Shown here: positions 20,083 through 36,600 of the stretch, piece after piece
How the letters are laid out: each line of letters opens with the position of its first letter
Position numbering within the stretch: position 1 is the stretch's first letter
Source of the DNA: the human T2T-CHM13v2.0 reference genome, Homo sapiens
Length of the DNA: 64,000 nucleotides
Direction: 5' to 3' (one strand)
Assembly (NCBI RefSeq): GCF_009914755.1
Contig: NC_060945.1
The notes under the pieces: generated by a model
Database searches by the model: none
Seen by the model: only the letters and a program-made list of their open reading frames with translations
Told to the model about the DNA's origin: nothing
Translations under genes and position numbers: made by a program

Positions 20083-23000
20083 TGAAACATCTCTGAACTC
20101 ATCAACAAAGTGATGTAACAGTTGTCTAGGCTCTGCCTACAGGTGCTTTGTGACATATCTGTGCACTGATCACCCAGGTGATGGGACTTTTGTCTAGACT
20201 CTGCCTATGGGTGCATTGTGAGATATCTCTACACTGATCAACCAGGTGATGTAACTCTTGTGTTGGATCAGCCTATGGGGACATTGTGACATATTTCTGC
20301 ACTGATCACCCAGATGAAGGGACCCTTGTCTAGGCTCTGCGTATGGGGCTTTGTGACATATCTCTGCACTGATCACCCAGGCGAAGTAAAGCATGACTAG
20401 GCTCTGCCTACAGGGCATAGTGACATATCACTGCATTGATCACCAAGGTGATGTAACTCTTGTCCAAACTCTGCCTATAGGGGGCCTTGTGACATATCTC
20501 TGCACTGATCATCTTGGTGATGTAACTATTGCTTATGCTCTCCCTGCAGGGGCATTGTGAAATATCAGAGCACTGATCACCCAGGTGATGGGACTCTTCT
20601 CTAGGCTCTGCCTACTTGGGGCATTGTCACATATTTCTGCACTGATCAGCCAGGTGACAGGCTCTTGTCTAGGCTATGCCTACAGTGGCATTGTGACATA
20701 TCTCTGCACTGATCACCCAGGTGATGTAACTCTTTTCTAGGATCTGCGTACAGGGTGCTTTGTGACATATCCCTGCAATGATCACCCAGGTGATGTACCA
20801 CTTGTCAAGGTTCTGCCTACAGGGACATTGCGATGTATCTCTTCACTGATCACCTAGGTCATGTAACCCTTGTCTAGGCTCTGCCTACAGTGGCATTGTG
20901 ACATGTCTCTGTACTGATCATCCAAGTGATGTAACTCTTATCTAGGATCTGCCTAAAGGGACTTTGTGACATAACTCTGCACTGATCATCCAGGTGATGA
21001 GGCTTTTGTCTAGGCTCTGCCTAAGGGGGCATTGTGACATATTTCTGCACAGAGCAACCAGGTGATGGACTCTTGTCTTGGATCTGCCTATGGGGGCATT
21101 GTGACATATCTCTGCACTGATCACACAGGAGATGTAACTGTTGTATGAGCTCTGCCTACAGGGAAATTCTGAGAGATCTCTCTACTGAACACCCAAGTGT
21201 TGTAACTATTGTCTAGGCTTTGCCTACAGGGGACATTGTGACATATCTCTGCAATGATCACCCAGGTGATGCATCTCTTCTCTATGCTCTGCCTACAGGG
21301 GACATTGCGACATATCTTTGCACTGATCACCCAGGTGATGCAACTCTTCTCTATGCTCTGACTACAGGGGACATTGTGACACATCCCTGCACTGATCAGC
21401 CAGGTGATGCAACTCTTCTCTATGCTCTGCCTACAGGGGGAATTGTGACATATCTGTGCCCGGATCACCCAGGTGATGTAACTCTTTTCTAGTGTCTGCC
21501 TACAGAGGGCGTTGTGACATCACTCTGCACGGATCACCCGTGTTATGTAACTCTTGTCTAGGCTCTGCGTACAGGGACATTGTGACTTATCTCTGCACTG
21601 ATCACCCAGGAGATGTGACTCTTGTCTAAGCTCTGCCTAGAGGGACATTGGGACATATCTCTGCACTGATCGCTGGGGTGATGTAAAACTTGTCTAGGCT
21701 TTGCCTACAGTGGGTTTTATGACATATCTCTGCATTGGTCACCCAGGTGATGTAAGTCTTGTCTGGGCTCTGCTTACAGGGGTTATTGTGAGATATCTCT
21801 GCACTGATCACCCAGGTGATGTAACTCTTGTCTAGCCTCTCCCTACAGGGGCATTTTAACATATCACTGCACTGATCACCGAGGTGATGTAACTCTTATA
21901 TAGGCTTCGGCAACAGGGGTCATTGAGACATATCTCTGCACTGATCACCGAGGTGATGCAACTCTTGTCTGGGATCTGCTTACGTGGGGCATTTTGACAT
22001 ATCTCTGCCCTGATCACCCAGGTGATGTAACTCTTATCTAGGCTCTGCCTATTGGAGACATTGTGACATATCTCCGCACTGATCACCCACGTTATGTCAC
22101 TTTTGCCAAGGATATGGCTACAGGGACATTGTGACATGTCACTGCACTGATCACACAGCTGATGTAACTCTTGTCTAGGCTCTGGCTACAGGGGCTTTTG
22201 ACACATCTCTGCACTGATCACCCAGGAGATGTAACACTTGACTAGGCTTGGCCTACAGGGGATTTGTGACATATTTCTGCATTGATCACCCAGGTGATGT
22301 AACTCTTGCTTAGGCTCTGACTACAGGGGCTTTGTGACATATTTCTGTACTGATAACCCAGGTGATGTAACTCTTTTCTAGGCTCCACCTACAGGGGGTA
22401 TTGTGACATATCTCTGCACTGATCAACCAGGTGACGGATTGTTTTCTTGGATTTGCCTATGGGGGCATTGTGACATATATCTGCACTGATAACGCAGGTG
22501 ATGTAACACTGGTCTAAGCTCTGCCTAAAGGGGCATTGTGACAGGTCTCTGCTCTGATCACTCAGGTGATGTAACCATTTTCTAGGGTTTGCCTACAGAG
22601 GGCTTTGTGACATACCTTTGCACTGATCACTCAGGTGATGTAACACATCTACGTTTGCCGACAGGAGCTTTGTGCCATATCTCTGCACGGATCTCTTCGG
22701 TGATGTAACACTTTTATAAGCACTGCCTACAGGGAATTTTGACAAATCTCCCCACTGATCACCTTGGTGATGTAACTCTTTTCTAGGATCTGCCTACAGG
22801 GTGCTTTGTGACATATCTCTGCACTGATCACCCAGGTGATTCAACTCTTGTCTAGGATATGCCTACAGGGGGTATTCTGAAATATCTCTGCACTGATAAA
22901 CTAGGTAATGTAAGACTTGCCTAGGCTCTGCCTACAGGGGCTTTTTCACATATCCCTGAATTGATGACCAAGGTGATGTAACTCTTGCCTAGGCTTTGCC

Positions 23001-26000
23001 TACAGGGGACATTGTGACATAACTCTGCAGTTATCACCCAGGTGATGCAACTCTTCTCTATGCTCTGCCTACAGGGGACATGGTGACATATCTCTACACT
23101 GATCACCCAGGTGATGTACCTATTTTCTATTCTCTGCCTACAGAGGGCGTTGTGACATCACTCTGCACGGGTCACCCGGGTTATGTAACTCTTGTCTAGG
23201 ATCTGCCTATGGGAACACTGTGACTTATGTCTGCACTGATCACCCAGGAGATGTGACTCTTGTCTAAGCTCTGCCTATAGGCATATTGGGACATATCTCT
23301 GCACTGATCTCTGAGGTGACATAAAATTTGTCTAGGCTTTTCCTACAGTGGGATTTATGTCATATCTCTGCACTGATCACCCAGGTGATGTAACTCTTGT
23401 CTAGGCTCTGCCTACAGGGGCTATTGTGTGATATCCCTGCACTGATCACCCAGGTGATGTAACTCTTGTCTAGGCTCTGCCTACAGGGGCATTTTCACAT
23501 ATCACTGCACTGATCACAGAGATGATGTAACTCTTGTATAGGCTTCGACGACAGGGGCATTGAGACATATCTGTGCACTGATCACCGAGGTGATGCAACT
23601 CTTGTCTTGGATCTGCTTATAGGGGGCATTGTGACATATCTCTGCCCTGATCACCCAGGTGATGTAACTCTTGTCTAGGCTCTGCCTACTGGAGACATTG
23701 TGACATATCTCTGCACTGATCACCCAGGTGATGTCACTTTTGTCAAGGATATGGCTACAGGGACATTGTGACATGTAAATGCACGATCACACATCTCATG
23801 TAACTCTTGTCTAGGCTCTGGCTAGAGGTGGCTTGTGACACATCTTTGCACTGATCACCCATGTGAAGTAACTATTGTTTAGGCTCTGCTTAAAGGGACC
23901 TTGTCGCATATCTCTGCACTTATCACCCAGGTGATGTAACACTTGTTTAGGCTCTGCTTACAGAAGGTATTGTGACATATCTCTGCACTGATCACCTAAG
24001 TGTTGTAACAATTGTGTAGGCTCTGACTACAAGGGTATTTTGAAATATCCCTGCACTGTTAACCGAGGTGATGTAACTCTTGTATAGGCTGTGCCCACAG
24101 GGGAATTGAGACATAACTCTGTACTGATCACGAGGTGATCCAACTCTTGCCTGGTCTCTGCCTACTGGGGACATCGTGACATATCTCTGCACTGATCTCC
24201 CAGGTGCTGTAACTTTAATCTCGGCTCTGGCTACACGGCATTGTGACATATCACTGCACTGATCACCCAGATTATATAACTCTTGTCTAGGCTCTGCCTA
24301 CAGGGGGCTTGTGACATATCTCTGCACTGATCACCCAAGTGATATAACAATTCTCCAGGATTTGCCTACAGGGTGCTGTTTGACATATCCCTGCAATGAT
24401 CTCCCAGGTGATATACCACTTATCAAGGCTCTGCCTACAGGGGCATTGCCATGTATCTCTGCACTGATCACCTAGGTCATGTAACTCTTGTCTAGGCTCT
24501 GCCTACAGTGGCATTGTGACATATCTCTTCACTGATCACTCAGGTGATGTAACTCTTTACTAGGATCTGCCTAAATGGTGCTTTGTGACATCTCACTGCA
24601 ATGATCACCCAGGTGATGTACCACTTGTCAAGGCTCAGCCTACAGGGACATTGCGATGTATCTCTGCACGGATCACCTAGGTCATGTGAAACTTGTCTAG
24701 GCTCTGCCTACAGTGGTATTGTGGCATATCTCTGCACTGATCATCCAAGTGATATAACTCTTGTCTAGGATCTGCCTAAAGGGACTTTGTGACATAACTC
24801 TGCACTAATCATCCAGGTGATGGGGCTCTTGTCTAAGCTCTGCCTAAGGGGGCATTGTGACATATTACTGCACTGATCACCCAGGTGACGGACTATTGTC
24901 TTGAATCTGCCTATGGAGGCATCATGACGTATCTCTGCACTGATCACCCATGTGATGTAACTGTTGTATATGCTTCGCCTACAGGGGAATTGTGAGAGAT
25001 CTCGCCACTGTTCACGCAAGTGATGTAACTATTGTCTAGGCTTTGCCTACAGAAGTCTTTGTGACATACCTTTGCACTGTTAACCCAGATAGTGTAACTC
25101 AACTAAGTTCTGCCTTCAGGAGCTTTGTGACATATCTCTGCACTGATCACTTAGGTGATGTAACACTTTTATAAGCACTGCCTACAGGGAATTTTGACGA
25201 ATCTCTGCACTGATCACCTAGGTGAAGTAACTCTTGTCTACCCTCTGCCCAAAGGGGGCATTGTGAAATATTTCTCCACTGATCACCCAGGTGATTCAAC
25301 TCTTTTCTAGGATCTGCCTACAGGGGGTATTGTGAAATATCTCTGCACTGCAAAACTAGGTGATGTAACACTTGTCTAGGCTCTGCCTACATGGGCGTTT
25401 TCACATATCCCTGAACTGATGACAAAGGTGATGTAACTCTTGCCTAGCCTTTACCCACAGGGGACGTTGTGACATATCTCTGCACTGATCACCCAGGTGA
25501 TGTAACTCTTCTCTATGCTCTGTCTACAGGGCAGATTGTGACATAACTCTGCACTGATCACCCAGGTGATGCAACTCTTCTCTATGCAGTGCCTACAGGG
25601 GGTATTGTGACATACCTCTGCACTGATAACCCAGGTGATGTAACCCTTTTCTACTCTCTGCCTACTGAGGGCATTGTGACAACACTCTGCACGGAATACC
25701 CGTGTTATGTAACTCTTGTCTAGGCCCTGCCTATGGGGGCACTGTGGCTTATCTCTGCACTGATCACCCAGGAGATGTGACACTTTTCTAAGCTCTGCCT
25801 GGAGGGACATTGGGACATTTCTCTGCACTGATCGCTGAGGTGATGCAAAACTTGTCTAGGCTTTGCGTACAGTGGGTTTTATGACATATCTCTGCACTGA
25901 TCACCCAGGTGATGTAACTCTTGTCTAGGCTCTGCTTACAGAGGGTATTGTGAGATATCTCTGCACTGATCACCCAGGGGATGTAACTCTTGTCTAGGCT

Positions 26001-28265
26001 GTGCCTACTGGAGACATTGTGACATATCACTGCACTGATCACCGAGATGTTGTAACTCTTGTATAGGCTTCACTGACAGGGGGCATTGAGACATATCTCT
26101 ACACTGATCACCGAGGTGATGCAACTATTGTCTGGGATCTGCTTACAGGGTGCATTGTGACATATCTCTACCCTGATCACCCAGTTGATGTAACTCTTGT
26201 CTAGGCTCTGCCTACTGGAGACATTGTGACATATCTCCGCACTGATCACCCAGGTGATGTTAGTTTTGTCAAGGATATCGCTACAGGGACATTGTGACAT
26301 GTCACTGCACTGATCACACAGCTGATGTAACTCTTGTCTAGGCTCTGGCTACAGGGGCATTGTGACATAACTCTGCACTGATCACCCAGGTGATGTGACA
26401 CTTGTCTAGGCTCTGCCTACAGGGGCATTGTGAAATATCTCTGCAGTGATAACGCAAGTGATGTAACTTTTGTCTATATCTGCCTACTGGCGGCATTGTG
26501 GCATATTTCTGCACTGATCACCCAGGTGATGGACTCCTGTCTTGGATTTGCCTATGGGGGCATAGTGACATATCTCTGCACTGATCACTCATGTGATGTA
26601 ACGCTTGTCTAAGCTGCGCCTAAAGGGGAATTGTGACAGATATCTCCCCTGATCACCCAGATGATGTAACGATTTTCTGTGATTTGTCTACAGGGGGATT
26701 TGTGACATATCTTTGCACTGATCACCCAGGAGGTGTAACTGTTGTCTATGCTTGGCCTATATGGGATTTGTGACATATTTCTGCACTGATTACCCAGGTG
26801 ATGTAACTCTTGTCTAGGCTCCACCTCCAGGGGGTATGGTGACGTATCTCTGCACTGATCACTCAGTTGATGTAACATTTATCTAGGCTCTGCCTACAGA
26901 GATGTTTTGACATAGCTGTGCACAGATCAACTAGATTATGTAACTCTTGTCCACTCTCTGCCTACAGGGGGCATTGTGAAATATCTCTGCACTGATTACC
27001 CAGGTGATGGGACTCTTTTCTATACTCTGCCTAGAGGGGGAATTTGTGACAAATCTCTGGACTGATCACCCAGACGATGGAAGTCTTGTCTAGGCTCTGT
27101 CTATGAGGTCATTGTGTCAAATATCTGCACTGATCACCCAGTTGATTTAACTCTTGTCTAGGCTCTGTCTAGAGGGATTTTTCTAACATATCACTGCACT
27201 GATCACCTAGGTGATGTAAGCCTTGTATGGGCGTTGCCTACAGAAGGCTTTGTGACAGATCTGTGCACTGATCTCTGAGGTAATGCAACTCTTGTCTAGG
27301 CACTGCCTACAGGGTACATTGGTACATACCTCTGCACTGATCACCCAGGTGATGGACTTTTGTCTTAGATGTGCCTACATGGACATTGTGACACATCTCT
27401 GAACTGATCAACCAAGTGATGAAACTCTTGTCTAGGCTCTGCCTACAGGGGCTTTGTGACACATCTCTGCACTGATCACCCTGGGGAGGGAACTCTTGTC
27501 TATGCTCTGCCTACAGGAAGCTTTATGACTTATACCTGCACTGATAACCTAGGTGATGTAACACTTGTCTAGGCTCTGCCTACACGGGAATTCTCACATA
27601 TCTCTGCACTGATCACCGAGGTGATGTAACTCCTGTCTATGTTCAGCCTGCAGGAGAGTTTTGACATATCTCTGCACTGATCACCCAGGTGATGTAACCC
27701 TTGTCTAAGCTCTGCCTACACGGGCATTGTGACAGATCTCTCCACTGCTCACCCAGCTGATGTAACAATTGTCTGGGATTTGCCTACAGGGGCTTTGTGA
27801 TATACATTTCCGCTGATCAAACAGGTGATGTAACCCTTGTCAAGGTTCTGCTTATAGGGGCTTTATGACATATCTCTGCACTGATCACCCCAGGAAGGAA
27901 ACACTTGACTACACTCTGCCTACAGGAGGCTTTACGACTTATCCCTGCACTGATCACTAGGTGATGTAACACTTGTCTAAGCTCTGTATACACGGGAATT
28001 TTCACATATCTCTACACTGCTCACCTAAATGATGTACCGCTTGTGTAGGTTCAGCCTACTGTGGATTTCTGATGTACCTATGCACTGATCACCGAGGTGA
28101 TGTAAATCATTTCCAGGCTTTTTGTACAGGGGACATTGTGATATATCTCTGCACTGATCACCCAAATGATGGAAATCCTCTCTAGGCTCCGCAGGGAGGG
28201 TGCATTGTGACATATCTCTGAACTGATCATTCAGTTCTGTAACTATTCTCCAGGCTTTGACTAAA
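20083..28265 (+). repeat. Beta-satellite array
   Basis: Tandem 68/69-bp monomers with a pLAM-like right end. Confidence 0.97.
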
Positions 28266-29123
28266 GAGTGTCAGAAGGTGTTGGGAGATCCTCAGCCGGA
28301 ATTTCACGACAAGGGCACAGAGAGGCGAGAGGGCTCCCTTACACGTCAGCCAGTGTGCGCAATGAGCGCCGGTCTAGCCAGGAGGCCAGCAAAGAGAGCT
28401 AGAGGTCAGCGTTCCACCGCCAGGCGCCCCATGGTGGCAGCTGGGAGGCTGCAGGGGCACGGGCTCTTTTAAAGGCCCGCAGGCAGGCAGGCTCCACCAC
28501 TTCATGAATGGCGGTGAGCCCTGGGACAGCCCGCCCCACACCAGAAGGGTCCCAGCTCGTCGAGGCCTGTAGCCGGAGGGTGATCGGGTGTGGGGGGATG
28601 GCGTGGTGATGGTGGTGGTGGGGCTGGATAGACGAAGAGGAAGGGGGCGAAGGGGAAAGGGTGAGGGGGGCGCGTTTCGGGAGCTGGATCTCCGGACCTC
28701 TCCAGGAATCCCGCGGGAACTGGAGGCTGCTCTCTGGGCTCCCACGCGTTTTCAGCAGAGACAAACTGGCCTGGGAGTGTGGCCGGGAGTGTGGAACTGA
28801 ACTTCCGTGAGTCTTCAGTGTTCCAGGCCCTCTCTCCGTGAAGGAGGCAGTGCCTGTGGGTGGCGCCATTGCCAGGACAGTCTGACACACGCAGCCATGT
28901 GGCTGTCATTTATTTCTACTTTGGAGACCAGAGCGAGACCCCAGAGAGAAGATGCCTCCCTAGCGTGATGGACTGACGATGGATTCCCGTGTGCAGCAAC
29001 ATGGGGAGACTGCAGTGTGGCCGGTTTGGAAACTGGCAAGGAGAGCGAAGGAACCATGCCGGTCTTCCACACTTCCCTCATGTTTCCGGGTGCCCGCAGA
29101 GCTCCGGGAGCAAACAGTTAGCA
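28265..29123 (-). pseudogene. D4Z4-like cassette 4 with a ~1.9 kb internal deletion removing the entire DUX4 ORF and exon 2
   Basis: Intron 2 sequence (gcaggggcacgggc) is joined directly to the TATA region (ggctcttttaaaggcc) at about 28462-28464. Both outer satellite junctions are retained. Confidence 0.9.
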
Positions 29124-31765
29124 TGACACATCTCAGAACTGTTCAACAAAGTGATGTAACACTTGTCTAGGCTCTGCCTACAGGGGCTTTGTGACATATC
29201 TCTGCACTGTTCACCCAGCTGATGGGAGTTTTTTCTAGGCTCTGCCTGTGGGGACATTGTGACATATCTCTACACTGATCACCTTGGTGATGTAACTCTT
29301 GTGTTGGATCTGCCTATGGGGGCATTGTGACATATTTCTACACTGATCGCCCAAGTGATGGGACTCTTGTCTAGGCACTGTGGATGGGGGCTTTGTGACT
29401 TATCTCTGCACTGATCACCCAGGTGATGTAACGATTAACTAGGCTCTGCCTACGGGGCATAGTGACATATCACTGCATTGATCACCGAGGTGATGTAACT
29501 CTTGTCCAGGCTCTGCCTATAGGGGGCCTTGTGACATATCTCTGCACTGATCACCTAGGTGATGCAACTCTTGCTTACGCTCTGCCTGCAAGGCATTATG
29601 AAATATCTCTGCACTGATCACCAAGGAGATGGGAATCTTCTCTAAGCTCTGCCTACTGGGGGCATTGTCACATATTTCTGCACTGATCACCCATGTGATG
29701 GACTCTTGTCTTGGATTTGCCTATGGGGGCATTGTGACATATCTCTGCACTGATCACCCAGGTGATGTAACTCTTGTCTAAGCTCTGCCTAAAAGGGCAT
29801 TGTGACAGATCTCTGCACTGATCACTCAGGTGATGTAACTATTGTCTAGGCTCTGCTTAAAGGGGCCTTGTCACATATCTCTGCACTGATCACCCAGGTG
29901 ATGTAACTCTTGTCTAGGCTCTGCTTAAACCTGGTATTGTGACGTATCTCTGCACTGATCACATAAGTGATTTAACACTTGTGTAGGCTCTGCATTCAGG
30001 GGCATTTTGACATATCTCTGCACTGTTAACCGAGGTGATGTAACCCTTGTCTAGGCTGTGCCCACAGGGGGATTGAGACATATCTCTGCACTTATTCCGA
30101 GAAGATCCAACTCTTGCCTGGTCTCTGCCTACTGGTGACATTGTGACATATCTCTGCACTGATCTCCCAGGTGCTCTAACTATATTCTAGGCTCTGGCTA
30201 CACGGCATTGTGACATATCACTGTACTGAACACCCAGGTGATATAACTCTTGTCTAGGCTCTGCCTACAGGGGGCTTGTGACATATCTCTGCACTGATCA
30301 CCCAGGTGATATAACTCTTCTCTAGGATCTGCCTACAGAGTGCTTTGTGACATATCCCTGCAATGATCACCCAGGTGATATACCATATGTCAAGGCTCTG
30401 CCTACAAGGGCATTGTGACAGAACTCTGCACTGATCACCCAGGTGATGGGACTCTTGTCTAGGCTCTCCCAACAGTGGCTTTGTGACATATCCCTTCACT
30501 GATCACCCAGGTGATGCAAATCTTTTGTAGGATCTGCCTACAGGGTGCTTTGTGACATATCCCTGCAATGATCACCCAGGTGATATACCACTTGTCAAGG
30601 CTCTGCTTACAGGGGCATTGCGATGTATCTCTGCACTGATCACCTAGGTCATGTAACTCTTGTCTAGGCTCTGCCTACAGTGGCATTGTGACATATCTCT
30701 GCACTGATCATCCAAGTGATGTAACTCTTTTCCAGAATCTGCCTAAAGGGACTTTGGGACACAACTCTGCACTGATCATCCAGGTGTTGGGCTTTTGTCT
30801 AGGCTCTGCCTAAGGGGGCAATGTGACATATTTCTTCACTGATCACCCAGGTGACTGAGTCTTGTCTTGGATCTGCCCATGGGGGCATTGTGACATATCT
30901 CTGCACTGAACACCCAGGTGATGTAAGTGTTGTACAAGCTCTGCCTACAGGGGAATTGTGAGGGATCTCACCACTGATCACCATAGTGATGTAAATATTG
31001 TCTAGGCTTTGCCAACAGGAGGCTTTGGAACATACCTTTGCACTGATCACCTAGGTGATGTAACTCATCTAAATTCTGCCTACAGGAGCTTTGTGACACA
31101 TCTCTGCACTGATCACTTAGTTGATGTAACACTTTTATAAGCACTGCCTATAGGAAATTTTGACAAATCTCTGCACTGATCACATATGTGATGTAACCCT
31201 TGTCTACCCTCTGCCCAAAGGGGGCATTGTGAAATATCTCTGCATTGATAACCCAGGTGATTCAACTCTTGTCTAGGATCTGCCTACAGGGGGTATTGTG
31301 AAATATCTCTGCACTGATCAGCTAGGTGATGTAACTCTTGTCTTGGCTCTGCCTACATGGGCGTTTTCACATATCCCTGAACTGATGACAAAGGTGATGT
31401 AACTCTTGTCTTGGCTCTGCCTACATGGGCGTTTTCACATATCCCTGAACTGATGACAAAGATGATGTAACTCTTGCCTAGGCTTTGCCTACAGGGGACA
31501 TTGTGACATATCTCTGCACTGATGAAGTGATGAAACCCTTGTCTAGGTTTAGCCTATTGGGAATTTCTGTCATACCTATGCACTGATTACGGAGGTGATG
31601 TAAATCATTTCCAGGCTTTTTGTACAGGGGACATTGTGATATGTCTCTGCACTGATCACCCAAATGATACAAATCTTCTCTATGCTCTGCAGGGAGGCTG
31701 CATTGTGACATGTTTCTGAACTGATCATTCAGGAGATGTAACAATTCTCCAGGCTTTGACTAAAG
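29124..31765 (+). repeat. Beta-satellite array
   Basis: Tandem monomers. The pLAM-like flank is shortened by a junction near 31524. Confidence 0.97.
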
Positions 31766-32468
31766 AGCATCAGATGTTGTTGGGAGAACCTCAGCCGGAA
31801 TTTCTCGGATGGACAAGGTCACAGAGAGACCAGCGGGCTCCCTTGCACATCAGCCAGGGTGCGCAATGAGTGCAGGTCGAGCCAGGAGGCCAGCTAAGAG
31901 AGCTAGAGGTTTGAGTTCCGCCGCCAGGCCCTCCATGGTGACAGGTGGGAGGCTGCAGGGGAATGCACGTGTGGGCTACGGTGGCATGGAGGCGCAGAGG
32001 ATGCAAGCCACTAAAGGGATGTCAGGAAAGGACGCTGCGCGGGCCCGGTGTTTCGCGGGACGGGGTTCTCCACCCAGGCCATGGGAGGAAGCATTTTCCG
32101 GGGGTGGGGTGTGGCGGTGGGGAGGGGGTGGTCAGGCGGTGGTGAGGTGGTGGAGAGGCATGAGAGCTCTGCCCGGGCTGCTCCCACAGCCCAGGCGGCT
32201 GCCCTCAAACCCGCACGTGCGCAGTAGGTGGCCCACCTGCTGGTACCTGGGCTGGCACTGGGATCCCCGGGATGCCCAGGAAAGAATGGCAGTTCTCCGC
32301 TGTGTGGAGTCTCTCACCAGGCCTAGACCTAGAAGGCAGGAATCCCAGGCCTGTCAGCCCGGTGGAGGGGGCGGGGGGAAGACATGCCCCTCCATAGCCA
32401 GCCAGGTGTTCCCCGTGAAGGAGAGGCCACCGCCCTGCCCCGACCCGACCCCGTCCCAACCCTGTGTC
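31765..32468 (-). repeat. 3' untranslated part of D4Z4-like cassette 5 (intron 1, exon 2, intron 2, exon 3-like)
   Basis: Collinear with 30-731. KpnI site at 32242-32247. Confidence 0.9.
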
Positions 32469-33654
<1,186 letters not shown>

Positions 33655-33655
<1 letters not shown>

Positions 33656-36600
33656 GTCAAAGCCTGGAGAATAGGTACATCTCCTGGATGATCAGTTCAG
33701 AAATGTGTCACAATGCCCCCTCCCTGCGGAGCATAGAGAAGATTTGCATCATTTGGGTGATCAGTGCAGAGATATAACACAATGTCCCCTGTACAAAAAG
33801 CCTGGAAATGATTTACATCACCTTGGTGATCAGTGCATAGGTATGTCAGAAATCCCCAGTAGGCTGAACCTAGACAAGGGTTACATCACTTAGGTGATGA
33901 GTGTAGAGATATGTGAAAATTCCCGTGTAGACAGAGCCAAGACAAGTGTTACATCACCTAGTGATCAGTGCAGGGATAAGTCGTAAAGCCTCCTTTAGGC
34001 AGAGTGTAGAAAATTGTTTCCTCCCTGGGGTGATCAGTGCAGAGAAATGTCACAAAGCCCCTGTAAGCAGAACCTTGACAAGGGTTACATCACCTGTTTG
34101 ATCTGCGGAAATGTATATCACAAAGCCCCCTGTAGGCAAAACCCAGACAATTGTTACATCACCTGGGTGAGCAGTGGAGGGATCTGTCACAATGCCCCTG
34201 TAGGCAGAGCTTAGACAAGGGTTACATCACCTGGGTGATCAGTGAATAGATATGTCAAAACGTTCCTTTAGGCTGAACCTAGACAGGAGTTACATCAACC
34301 AGGTGATCAGTGCACAGATATGTGAGAATTCCTGTGTAGGGAGAGCCTAGACCAGTTTTTCATCAACTAGGTTATCTGTGCAGGTATAAGTCATAAAGCC
34401 TCCTGTAGGCAGAGCGTAGACAAGAGTTCCATCCCCAGGGTGATCAGTGCAGAGATGTGTCACAAAGCCCCTGTAGGCAGAGGCTAGACAATAGTTTCAT
34501 CACTTGTTTGTTCAGTTCAGAGATGTGTCACAATGTCCATGTAGACAGATCTAAGACAAGCGTCCATCACCTGGGTGATCAGTGCAGAGATATGTCCCGA
34601 TGTCCCCTGTAGGCACTGCCTAGACAAGAGTTGCATCACCTCAGAGATCAGTGCATAGATATGTCACAAAGCCTTCTATAGGCAAAGCCCATACAAGGCT
34701 TACATCACCTAGGTGATCAGTGCAGTGATATGTCACACAAATCCCTGTAGACAGACCGTAGACAAGAGTTACATCACCTGGGTGATCAGTGCAGATATTT
34801 GACACAATGCCCCCATAGACAGAGTCTAGACAAGACTTCCATCTCCTGCGTGATCAGTGCAGAGATATGTCACAAATCTCCCTCTAGGCAGAGTATAGAG
34901 AAGAGTCCCATCACCTGGGTGACCAGTGCAGAGTTACTTCACAATATCCCCTGTAGACAGAGAGTTGACAAGAGTTACATAACCTACGTGACCTGTGCAG
35001 AGCTATATCAAAACGCCCCTGTAGGCAGATCCTATGTAAATGTTACATCACCTGGGTGATCAGTGCAGAGATACGTCACAATAGCCCCTGTAGGTGGAGC
35101 CTAGAAATGAGTTACATCACCTGGGTGATCAGTGCAGAGATAAGTCACAATGCACCCTGTAAGCTGTGCATAGAGAAGAGTTGCATCACCTGGGTGATCA
35201 GTACAGAGATATGTCACAATGGCCCCTGTTGGCAGAGCACAGAGAAGAGTTGCATCACCTGGGTGATCAGTGCAGAGATATGTCACAGTGCCCCCGTAGG
35301 CAAGGCCTAGGCAAGAGTTACATCACCTTTGTCATCAGTTCAGGGATATGTGAAAACGCCCCTGTAGGCAGAGCCTAGACGAGTGTTACATCACCTAGTT
35401 GATTAGTGCAGAGATATTTCACAATACCTCCTGTAGGCAGATCCTAGACAAGAGTTGAATCACCTGGGTGATCAGTGCAGAGATATTTCACAATGCCCCC
35501 TTTGGGCAGAGGGTAGACAAGAGTTATATCACCTAGGTGATCCGTGCAGAGATTTGACAAAATTCCCTGTATGCAGTGCTTATAAAAGTGTTACATCACC
35601 TAAGTGAGCAGTGCAGAGATATGTCACAAAGCTCCTGTAGGCAGAACTTAGATGAGTTACGTCACCTGGGTGATCAGTGCAAAGGTATGTCACAAAGCCC
35701 CGTGTAGGCAAAGCCTAGAATATCGTTACATCACTTGGGTGATCAGTGGTGAGATTTCTCACAGTTCACCTGTCGGCAGAGCTTATACAACAGTTACATC
35801 ACCTGGGTGATCAGTGCAGAGACATGTCACAATGCCCCCATAGGCAAATCCAAGACAAGAGTCCGTCACCTGGGTGATCAGTGCAGAAATATGTCACAAT
35901 GCCCCCTTAGGCAGAGCCTAGACAAAACCCCATCACCTGGATGATCAGTGCAGAGTTATGTCGCAAAGTCCCTTTAGGCAGTTCCTAGACAATGTTACAT
36001 CACTTGGATAACCAGAGCAGAGATATGTCACAATGCCAATGTAGGCAGAGCATAGACAAGATTTACATGACCTAGGTGATCAGTGCAGAGATGCATCGCA
36101 ATGAACCTGTAGGCAGAGCCTTGACAAGTGGTACATCACCTGGATGAACATTGCAGGGATATGTCACAAAGCACCCTGTAGGCAGATCCCAGAAAATAGT
36201 TACATCACCTGGGTGATCAGTGCAGTGATATGTCACAATGCCACTGTAGGCAGAGCCTAGACAAGAATTACATGACCTAGGTGATCAGTGCAGAGATACT
36301 TCGCAATGCCCCTGTAGCCAGAGCCTTGACAAGTGGTATATCACCTGCGTGATCATTGCAGGGATATGTCACAAGGCACCCTGTAGGCAGATCCTAGAGA
36401 AGAGTTATATCACCTAGGTGATCAGTGCAGAGATATGTCACAAGCCCCCTGTAGGCAGAGCCTAGACAAGGGTTATATCACCTGGGTGATCAGTGCAGTG
36501 ATATGTCACAATGCCGTGTAGCCAGAGCCCAGACTAAAGTTACAGCACCTGGGAGATCAGTGCAGAGATATGTTACAATGTCCCCATTAGGCACAGACCA

